Shown here piece by piece: positions 18,159-25,287 of a stretch of 27,223 nt of DNA. Both the position numbers and the translations under genes were made by a program. The stretch covers positions 1-27,223 of the forward strand of contig CAUZWH010000001.1 in the NCBI GenBank assembly GCA_963583675.1. The letters run 5' to 3'. This DNA comes from Alphaproteobacteria bacterium (GTDB lineage Bacteria; Pseudomonadota; Alphaproteobacteria; SHVV01). The number at the start of each line of letters is the position of its first letter. The first letter of the stretch is position 1. Below the pieces are notes generated by a model that did no database searches, had not been told where the DNA came from, and worked only from the letters and a program-made list of their open reading frames with translations.

Positions 18159-18890
18159 ATGGTCCAAGCCATCATTCCCGTCAGTCAGATCGAACCACTC
18201 TTCGATGTCCGCCTGGAGCTCGCACTCGGTGCGCACCAATTGTCCAACCAGATCGAGCACCCTGGGTACGATGACGACAACACGGATATACTGCTAGAGC
18301 AGGCATTGTCACTTTTAGCAGCCGCCGAGCGACGCCTGGGTGCCCAGCGCGAGCATATCGCGCAGCTGCAGCAACTCGCTCTGATAGATCCGTTGACTGG
18401 GCTTCCCAATCGCCGGGCGTTCGACGAATTCTTCTACGCCGTACTGGCCGCGACCAGGCGCTACGATGAGACTGGCGTGCTCGCTTTCATCGACATCGAT
18501 AACTTTAGGACGGCAAACGATTCGTTGGGCCACGAAGCCGGTGACGCGGTTCTGATGCGTGTTGCAGAAATTCTCTCGCGCCAAGTACGCGCCAACGACA
18601 TGGTCGCCCGATATGGCGGCGATGAATTCGGTGCCCTGCTGGTGCGAACACCAAGCGAAGAAGAAAAACGCCGGGCAACCGAATTGCAAAATATCATCAA
18701 CACGTCACATTCGACATTTGAGTCGACGTACATTCACGTTCATGCGAGCTTCGGCGTGGTCGCCTATGGCGCCAGCGATGCACCGGAATTGGTGATCCAG
18801 CACGCCGATGCTGAGATGTTCGCAAACAGGCAGGCCAACAAGAACCGAAACGATCGTTCGCGCGCTGTGGTCCAACTGGCCACGCCCTAG
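18159..18890 (+). CDS. Diguanylate cyclase (short coiled coil + GGDEF)
   Basis: DPLTGLPNRRAF, DIDNFRTANDSLGHEAGDAVL, I-site RAND, RYGGDEF; no sensor or transmembrane domain. Confidence 0.92.
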   Translation: MVQAIIPVSQIEPLFDVRLELALGAHQLSNQIEHPGYDDDNTDILLEQALSLLAAAERRLGAQREHIAQLQQLALIDPLTGLPNRRAFDEFFYAVLAATRRYDETGVLAFIDIDNFRTANDSLGHEAGDAVLMRVAEILSRQVRANDMVARYGGDEFGALLVRTPSEEEKRRATELQNIINTSHSTFESTYIHVHASFGVVAYGASDAPELVIQHADAEMFANRQANKNRNDRSRAVVQLATP

Positions 18891-18915
18891 CGCAAAATTT
18901 GAGAGTTTCCCCGCT

Positions 18916-18946
18916 GCATAACTCGCCACGCGGTGGCGGATTATGC
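18916..18946. repeat. Imperfect 14-bp-stem inverted repeat between the GGDEF gene and rid-1
   Basis: GCATAACTCGCCAC-GCG-GTGGCGGATTATGC; one mismatch and one G-U pair; no T tract. Confidence 0.6.
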
Positions 18947-18983
18947 TACGAACTCGTTCGGACCAAACGCCCGGGGGATCGAC

Positions 18984-19451
18984 ATGGCCGGTCAAATCCA
19001 ATCACGTCTCGAAGAACTTGGAATTTCCCTTCCCGAAGGGCCCGCGCCGGTTGCCAATTATGTGCCTTACGTCGTGCACGGCTCTCTGGTTTTCGTATCC
19101 GGACAAATCCCCTTCGTCGATGGTGAACTGAGTTACATCGGCACCGTCGGTGATGATGTCACCCTCGAAGAGGGTCAAAGCGCGGCACGCGTTTGCGCTC
19201 TAAATGTTCTGGCCCAGGTAAAAGCCGCTTGTGATGGCGACCTCGATCGCGTCACGAGGTGCGTGCGCTTAGGTGGTTATGTCAACGGTTCCGCCGACTT
19301 CAAGCAACACCCGCAGGTTATGAACGGTGCCTCAGATCTGATGGTCGAGATCTTTGGTGACAAAGGCCGCCATGCCAGATTCGCTGTCGGCGCCGGCAAC
19401 CTGCCTGCTGGTGTCGCGGTCGAAGTCGAAGGCGTGTTCGAGATCGCGTAG
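18984..19451 (+). CDS. Rid (YjgF/YER057c/UK114) family protein, Rid1-like, copy 1
   Basis: ANYVP, FVSGQIP, HPQVMNGASDL, GRHARFAVG, LP..VAVEVE. Start at the ATG 18984 after a GGGGA SD; 155 aa. Confidence 0.93.
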   Translation: MAGQIQSRLEELGISLPEGPAPVANYVPYVVHGSLVFVSGQIPFVDGELSYIGTVGDDVTLEEGQSAARVCALNVLAQVKAACDGDLDRVTRCVRLGGYVNGSADFKQHPQVMNGASDLMVEIFGDKGRHARFAVGAGNLPAGVAVEVEGVFEIA

Positions 19452-19457
19452 TTCCAC

Positions 19458-19925
19458 GTGGCCGGACAAATTAATACCCGTTTGCAGGAGCTAGGGCTCG
19501 CCTTGCCGACTCCCTTTATCTCGCAGGCCAACTACATCCCCTATGTACAGACCGGCGATCTCTTATTTGTCGCCGGCCAAGGCCCAATGCGTGATGGCGG
19601 GCCCGGGTCAATCGGCAAAGTCGGTGGCGCGATCAGTGAGGACGACGCCTACGAAGCTGCGCGATTGACCGGGCTAAATCTGATCGCCCAGGCCAATCAT
19701 GCGTGCGACGGCGACCTCGACCGGGTAGTGCGTTGCATTCGCCTGTTCGGACTTATCAACGCCGTGCCCGGTTTTACTAACTTGCTGCAAGTGATGAATG
19801 GGGCGTCGGATCTCATGGTAGAGGTGTTTGGTGATCGGGGGCGCCATGCGCGCTCGACGATCGGCGCTGTCGCACTGCCCCACGATATGACAATCGAAAT
19901 CGACGCTATTTTTTCAATTGCGTAG
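19458..19925 (+). CDS. Rid family protein, Rid1-like, copy 2
   Basis: ANYIP, FVAGQGP, VMNGASDL, GRHARSTIG; GTG start 6 nt after copy 1; 155 aa. Confidence 0.93.
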   Translation: MAGQINTRLQELGLALPTPFISQANYIPYVQTGDLLFVAGQGPMRDGGPGSIGKVGGAISEDDAYEAARLTGLNLIAQANHACDGDLDRVVRCIRLFGLINAVPGFTNLLQVMNGASDLMVEVFGDRGRHARSTIGAVALPHDMTIEIDAIFSIA

Positions 19926-19945
19926 ACGTGCCGCGAGGCAAAGCC

Positions 19946-20671
19946 ATGGCCGATTGGCTGACGGAAGCCCCGTTTGCCCACCGTGGCTTGCATGATGCTA
20001 CGGCCCCCGAGAATTCGTTCGCCGCTTTTGTTGCCGCGCAGCAGGCGGGATTTGGCATCGAACTCGACGTCAGGCTTACCCACGATGGCATACCGGTCAT
20101 ATTTCACGACAATGCGTTCCGACGGATGACCGGACATCGCGGTACGGTCTCTTCAATGACACTCGGGGACTTGATCGGAATGCGCCTCAAGAACAGCGAT
20201 CAGGCTATCCCAACCCTCCAGGGCGTGCTGCACGCGGCGAACGGCAAGAGCGCACTCTTGCTCGACCTTAAATCCGAGTCGGCGTCTGCCGGCCAGCTTG
20301 AAAGCACAGTGGGCGACGAAGTGAAACGCTACAACGGTCCGGTTGCCCTCATGTCCATGAGTGTCGATTCGGTGCGTCAGGTGCTCTCGAAGCAACCAAA
20401 CGTGGTGTGTGGTTGGGTGATTGAGCGCTCGGTGGTCCAGGCTAGCGGAGACTCGGCCGACCTGATCGAGATGCTAATTCGAGAGGGGTTAGATTTTGTT
20501 GCCTGCGATCGCCGCACGTTGCCACATCGCTGGGCCAGCAACGCCCGCGAAGCCGGATTGCCTGTGTTGGCATGGACGGTAACATCCGCGCGGGCACACA
20601 TGCGCTTGCAAGATCTCGTCGATAACATCATCTTCGAGAAGTTTCTGCCGCGAGAAAGGCCGACAACGTAG
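19946..20671 (+). CDS. Glycerophosphodiester phosphodiesterase family protein
   Basis: FAHRGLH, PENS, GIELDVRL, VIFHD, PTL, VLAWTV. The ATG at 19946 has a GAGG SD. Confidence 0.92.
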   Translation: MADWLTEAPFAHRGLHDATAPENSFAAFVAAQQAGFGIELDVRLTHDGIPVIFHDNAFRRMTGHRGTVSSMTLGDLIGMRLKNSDQAIPTLQGVLHAANGKSALLLDLKSESASAGQLESTVGDEVKRYNGPVALMSMSVDSVRQVLSKQPNVVCGWVIERSVVQASGDSADLIEMLIREGLDFVACDRRTLPHRWASNAREAGLPVLAWTVTSARAHMRLQDLVDNIIFEKFLPRERPTT

Positions 20672-20676
20672 TAGCC

Positions 20677-21843
20677 ATGGGTGACGTTGAGAAACAGCCG
20701 ATGACCGTCAAAGCGGTTGGGAGTATCGGCGCCATAGACCGTGCTCAATGGAACGCGTGCGCCGGCACGGTAAACCCTTTTGTCTCACATGAGTTCCTGT
20801 CCGCACTGGAGGAAAGCAAGTCGGCAACCGCCGACTCCGGTTGGGGGCCTTATCACATCGTCGTAGAGGACAGTGGCGGCCAAGTGCTGGGCGCGGCGCC
20901 CATGTATTTGAAGGGCCATTCCTATGGCGAATTCGTTTTCGATCACGCGTGGGCCCACGCGTTCGAGCAAGCTGGGGGGAGCTATTATCCAAAACTCTTG
21001 ATCGGCGTGCCGTTCACACCGGTAACCGGACCGCGCTTACTCGTGCCCGCAGGCCCCCAACAGGCCGAAACCCAGCAAACACTGGTTGCAGCCGCAATCG
21101 AAGTCGCAAAGCAACTTGAAGTCTCATCGCTTCACATCAACTTCCCAACCACCGAAGAATGGGAACGGCTCGGTAAATTTGGTCTCTTGCTCCGCGCTGG
21201 TGAGCAATTTCATTGGGTCAATAACAACTACCTAACGTTTGATGATTTTCTTGGTGAACTAGCGTCGCGCAAACGCAAAGCGGTCAAGAAGGAACGTAAG
21301 GAAGCTATCACCAACGATATCAAGATCGAGATGCTGACTGGCTCAGATCTAAAGGAAGAACATTGGGACGCATTTTACGAGTTCTACCTCGATACTAGTG
21401 CTCGAAAATGGGGCAGTGCGTATCTCAATCGTGAGTTCTTCAGCCTCGCGAGCGAAACAATCGCAGATCGAATCGCCCTGATCATGGCAAAACGCGACGA
21501 CCACTACGTGGCCGGCGCGTTAAATTTCATAGGGAGCGATACGCTCTATGGGCGCTATTGGGGCACCCGCGAGCATCATCCCTTTCTACATTTCGAGATT
21601 TGCTACTACCAAGCGATCGAATTCGCGATCAACCGGGGGCTCAAACGCGTTGAGGCAGGCGCCCAGGGACCACACAAGCTCACACGCGGCTACCTGCCGG
21701 TCCACACCTACAGTGCGCATTGGGTGCGCAATGAGTCGTTTCGCGATGCGATAGCCAATTATCTCAAGCATGAGCGGCAAGAGGTCGACGCTGAAATCGG
21801 CTACCTCGAGGGGCATTCGCCGTTTCGCAAAGAACAACAGTAA
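20677..21843 (+). CDS. FemAB-like double-GNAT protein (DUF482 / FemAB_like)
   Basis: PFVSHEFLSALEES, YLKGHSYGEFVFDHAWA, YYPKL..VPFTPVTGPRL, LYGRYWG, LHFEICYYQAIEFAI, EAGAQGPHKL.RGYLP. Confidence 0.9.
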   Translation: MGDVEKQPMTVKAVGSIGAIDRAQWNACAGTVNPFVSHEFLSALEESKSATADSGWGPYHIVVEDSGGQVLGAAPMYLKGHSYGEFVFDHAWAHAFEQAGGSYYPKLLIGVPFTPVTGPRLLVPAGPQQAETQQTLVAAAIEVAKQLEVSSLHINFPTTEEWERLGKFGLLLRAGEQFHWVNNNYLTFDDFLGELASRKRKAVKKERKEAITNDIKIEMLTGSDLKEEHWDAFYEFYLDTSARKWGSAYLNREFFSLASETIADRIALIMAKRDDHYVAGALNFIGSDTLYGRYWGTREHHPFLHFEICYYQAIEFAINRGLKRVEAGAQGPHKLTRGYLPVHTYSAHWVRNESFRDAIANYLKHERQEVDAEIGYLEGHSPFRKEQQ

Positions 21844-21908
21844 TTTGCCGAGAGATTTCGGAGCGGCCACTATGCACGCGCACTATTGGGTTGAACGGAG
21901 GACAAGAA

Positions 21909-22331
21909 ATAGCCAGCGATCCTGATTGTATTTTTTGCAAGATCGCGTCGGGGGTGGCGCCAAGTTTCAAGGTTTATGAAGATGATCAAGCGCTCGCTTT
22001 CATGGACATCAACCCATTCAACGAAGGCCACGCCTTGGCCATCCCAAAAGCGCACTTCATCAACCTCCTCGATGTCAGCGAAGACGCGATGAGTGCTACG
22101 ATTAATGCGGCGCAACGCGCCGCGCGAGCAATTGAGAAGACGATATCGCCCGATGGCATAAACTTAATTCAGGCAAACGGGCCCGGCGCCGCGCAATCCG
22201 TGATGCACTTCCATATTCACATCTTGCCGCGGAAATTCGGTGACGAGGCCCCGATCAATTGGGGACTGAGGCCAGGCAATCAGGCGGTCATTGCGGATCT
22301 AGCCGAAAAGCTGATGGGCGCCAACGAGTGA
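21909..22331 (+). CDS. HIT family hydrolase (HinT-like); start codon anomalous
   Basis: DPDCIFCKI, FMDINP, GHALAIPK, QANG..AAQSVMHFHIHILPR. A GGAGG SD (21897-21901) points at ATA 21909. The alternative TTG start at 21891 lacks an SD. Confidence 0.9.
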   Translation: MASDPDCIFCKIASGVAPSFKVYEDDQALAFMDINPFNEGHALAIPKAHFINLLDVSEDAMSATINAAQRAARAIEKTISPDGINLIQANGPGAAQSVMHFHIHILPRKFGDEAPINWGLRPGNQAVIADLAEKLMGANE

Positions 22332-22383
22332 GGCGCGCGCCGCACACTTAGGCGGCGGATGATGATGCCCGGCTAGAGGGTCG

Positions 22384-24729
22384 CTAATCGGCCAAGACGG
22401 GAATTTTGTCGCTCGCGCTACCCGAATCATCGCCCCCGCGTTTGGTGCTCTTCTTCGGCTTACGCACTTTTGGCTTGGCTGGCCTGAACTCGAAAGCCAA
22501 ATCTTCTTCGCCGAGGCTTACGATAACCGTTCCGCCTTTTGCGAGTTCGCCAAACAGCAACTCCTCGGCAAGGTTCTTTTTGACCTTTTCCTGGATGAAC
22601 CGCGCGAGCGGCCGCGCGCCATAGATATCGTCATATCCTTTTTCGGCAATCCACTTTCGCGCGTCGTCGGTGAGTTCGATCGCGACATTGCGATCGGCAA
22701 GCTGCGCTTCCAGTTCCAGTACGAACTTATCGACCACAAGAGCGATGACTTCGGGCTTGAGGCCCGAAAATGCGATTGTCGCATCAAGACGATTACGAAA
22801 TTCCGGCGTAAACATCTTTTTGATGGCTTCCTCGTCCTCGCCTTCCTTGAGGCCGCGCCCAAAGCCAATCGCAAATTTACTCATCTCGGAAGCGCCGGCG
22901 TTGGTCGTCATCACCAAAACAACATTGCGGAAGTCGATCGTTTTGCCGTTATGGTCGGTGAGCTTCCCGTGATCCATGATCTGCAACAGGATGTTGAATA
23001 GATCCGGGTGGGCCTTCTCGATCTCATCCAATAACAGCACGGCATGGGGATGCTGATCGATACTATCAGTTAGCAAGCCGCCCTGATCGAAACCGACATA
23101 GCCCGGCGGCGCGCCAATCAATCGCGACACCGTGTGACGCTCCATATATTCCGACATATCGAAGCGGATAAGTTCGACGCCCATTATGCGCGCGAGTTGC
23201 CGCGCGACTTCGGTTTTACCCACACCTGTCGGCCCCGAGAATAGATAGCAACCGATTGGTTTTTCCGGTTCGCGTAGTCCGGCGCGGGCCAGCTTGATAG
23301 CACTCGAAATCGCCTCAATCGCGCGCTCCTGGCCAAACACCACCGATTTTAGCTCGTTCTCAAGTTCACGTAGCGCGTTGGTATCGTCCTTCGAGACTGA
23401 TTTCGGCGGAATACGGGCAATCTTGGCGACGATATCCTCTATCTCTTTGACCCCGATCGTCTTGCGACGCCTATTTTCGGGTACGAGCATCTGCGCTGCA
23501 CCGACTTCATCGATAACATCGATAGCCTTGTCCGGTAGTTTTCGGTCGTTGATGTATCGAGCCGACAGATCCACCGCCGCTTTGATGGCATCGTTGGTGT
23601 ATCGGATGTGGTGAAACTCTTCGTAATAAGGTTTGAGGCCATGCATGATTTTGATCGTGTCTTCGAGCGAGGGCTCGTTGATGTCGATTTTCTGGAAGCG
23701 CCGCAGCAGGGCCCTATCTTTCTCGAAATAGCTGCGAAACTCTTTGTAGGTCGTCGACCCAATGCAACGGATGTTGCCGCTCGCGAGTGCCGGTTTCAAA
23801 AGGTTAGACGCATCCATCGCACCGCCGCTCGTCGCGCCAGCGCCGATCACAGTATGAATTTCATCGATAAAGAGGATCGCACCTTCGTAGTCCTCGAGTT
23901 CGGTGAGGACGGCTTTGACGCGCTCTTCGAAATCACCGCGATAGCGCGTCCCGGCCAGCAACGATCCCATATCAAGAGAGAAAATAGTTGAGGTCTTGAG
24001 TACTTCCGGCACCTCGCCCTGAACGATTCGGCGTGCCAGCCCTTCCGCAATGGCGGTCTTGCCAACGCCGGGATCACCAACCAATAACGGGTTGTTCTTG
24101 TTGCGGCGACATAGAATTTGAATCGTCCGTTCAACCTCGTCGCCACGCCCGATGAGCGGATCTATTTTTCCGGCAATCGACTTCTCGTTGAGATTGACGC
24201 AATAAGCTGAAAGGGCTTCAGCGCCCTTTTTGGCCGGTTCGGCCTCGGTCTCTTCAGCACCACGGACTGGACCGCTATCGGACATGTCCGAACGTTTCGC
24301 AATACCGTGCGAGATGTAGCTGACCGCATCCAAGCGCGTCATATCCTGCTGCTGCAGGTAGAACACCGCGTGCGATTCACGCTCGGAAAAAATCGCCACT
24401 AGAACATTGGCCCCGGTGACGCTTTCTCGACCGGAAGTTTGCACGTGGATCAGCGCGCGCTGGATAACGCGCTGGAATCCCGCCGTCGGTTTGGCATCCT
24501 CTTCGCTATCGACCACCAGATTTCTGAGATCTTCGTCGAGATAGCGGTGTAATTCCTCGCGCAGGCGATCGAGATCAACGTTGCATGCCTGCATGACCGC
24601 AACGGCATCTTCGTCCTCGGTCAATGCGAGTAACAAATGCTCGAGTGTCGCGTACTCGTGCTGACGCTCGTTTGCGAAAGCCAGCGCACGGTGCAGGCTT
24701 CGCTCGAGATTGCGTGAGAATGATGGCAA
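22384..24729 (-). CDS. clpA: ATP-dependent Clp protease ATP-binding subunit ClpA
   Basis: MPSFSRNLE, two Walker A motifs ([16 protein letters not shown]), [19 protein letters not shown] ClpP-docking loop; TTG start with AGGA SD. Confidence 0.98.
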   Translation of the reverse strand: MPSFSRNLERSLHRALAFANERQHEYATLEHLLLALTEDEDAVAVMQACNVDLDRLREELHRYLDEDLRNLVVDSEEDAKPTAGFQRVIQRALIHVQTSGRESVTGANVLVAIFSERESHAVFYLQQQDMTRLDAVSYISHGIAKRSDMSDSGPVRGAEETEAEPAKKGAEALSAYCVNLNEKSIAGKIDPLIGRGDEVERTIQILCRRNKNNPLLVGDPGVGKTAIAEGLARRIVQGEVPEVLKTSTIFSLDMGSLLAGTRYRGDFEERVKAVLTELEDYEGAILFIDEIHTVIGAGATSGGAMDASNLLKPALASGNIRCIGSTTYKEFRSYFEKDRALLRRFQKIDINEPSLEDTIKIMHGLKPYYEEFHHIRYTNDAIKAAVDLSARYINDRKLPDKAIDVIDEVGAAQMLVPENRRRKTIGVKEIEDIVAKIARIPPKSVSKDDTNALRELENELKSVVFGQERAIEAISSAIKLARAGLREPEKPIGCYLFSGPTGVGKTEVARQLARIMGVELIRFDMSEYMERHTVSRLIGAPPGYVGFDQGGLLTDSIDQHPHAVLLLDEIEKAHPDLFNILLQIMDHGKLTDHNGKTIDFRNVVLVMTTNAGASEMSKFAIGFGRGLKEGEDEEAIKKMFTPEFRNRLDATIAFSGLKPEVIALVVDKFVLELEAQLADRNVAIELTDDARKWIAEKGYDDIYGARPLARFIQEKVKKNLAEELLFGELAKGGTVIVSLGEEDLAFEFRPAKPKVRKPKKSTKRGGDDSGSASDKIPVLAD

Positions 24730-24751
24730 GGTTCTTCCTTTTGGCTACTCG

Positions 24752-25078
24752 CTACTCTTTTTCCATCGTGCACTGTAACGGATGGTTGTTCTGGCGCGCG
24801 AAGTCAATGACCTGCGTCACTTTTGACTCCGCAACCTCGTAGGTATAAACGCCGCAGATCCCAACCCCTTTCTGGTGCACGTGCAGCATAATTCGCGTTG
24901 CTTCCTCGCGGTTTTTTCTAAAAAACTGCTCCAGAATTTGGACGACGAATTCCATGGGCGTGTAGTCGTCATTAAGAAGCAGAACCTTATACAGGGACGG
25001 TTTTTTAGTTTTTGGCTCGGTCTTGGTAACGACGCCGACGCCATCGTCGTCATTACCGGGCTTGCGGGGGTCACTCAT
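24752..25078 (-). CDS. clpS: N-degron adaptor ClpS
   Basis: [46 protein letters not shown]. Confidence 0.98.
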   Translation of the reverse strand: MSDPRKPGNDDDGVGVVTKTEPKTKKPSLYKVLLLNDDYTPMEFVVQILEQFFRKNREEATRIMLHVHQKGVGICGVYTYEVAESKVTQVIDFARQNNHPLQCTMEKE

Positions 25079-25105
25079 GGCTTCTCAAAAGGTACTTCTT
25101 CAGGC

Positions 25106-25120
25106 TTAAACTGTTATTAA
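25106..25120. promoter_or_regulatory. Perfect CtrA-type box TTAA-ACTGTTA-TTAA
   Basis: Exact TTAA-N7-TTAA, 28-42 nt upstream of the clpS ATG. Confidence 0.6.
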
Positions 25121-25147
25121 TATGGGAGGCTCAACGCTAAGGGAAAG
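25120..25147 (-). promoter_or_regulatory. Putative sigma-32-type promoter for clpSA: CTTT-N17-CCCATAT
   Basis: Minus strand: good RpoH-like -10 (CCCATAT, 25126-25120) and only a partial -35 (CTTT vs CTTG). Confidence 0.4.
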
Positions 25148-25287
25148 CCTTCATCGCGAAGTAATGTTACGTCCCACGCCCGCCGAATTCCAGGGGGTCG
25201 CTCCTAACGCCGGCCAACCACGGCTCGCGAGGCTTTTCGGTAATTTCGGCCACGCGGCGCAGAGCGTGGTCAGTTAGGGGCCTGATC

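Noticed and set aside
1807-18260. Long alternative-frame or antisense ORFs in the track (e.g. 1807..2598, 5563..6186, 10503..11117, 16139..16765, 17625..18260)
   Set aside because: They are shadows of real genes in GC-rich DNA, with no motifs and Arg/Ser/Pro-rich composition.
18127-18924. CATAACTC direct repeat flanking the GGDEF ORF as a target-site duplication
   Set aside because: Only 8 bp, plausible by chance; no transposase or terminal repeats; the gene's promoter lies outside the repeat.
18949-18960. CGAAC-TC-GTTCG as a LexA box
   Set aside because: The spacer is wrong for the Gram-positive box (N4), and the alphaproteobacterial box is a GTTC-N7-GTTC direct repeat.
25161-25170. Short palindrome GTAA-TG-TTAC upstream of the clpS promoter
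   Set aside because: Only 4-bp arms and no regulator I can name; may be chance.
25122-25277. 51-codon plus-strand ORF in the clpS intergenic region
   Set aside because: No SD, no recognisable similarity, and it starts inside the clpS promoter.
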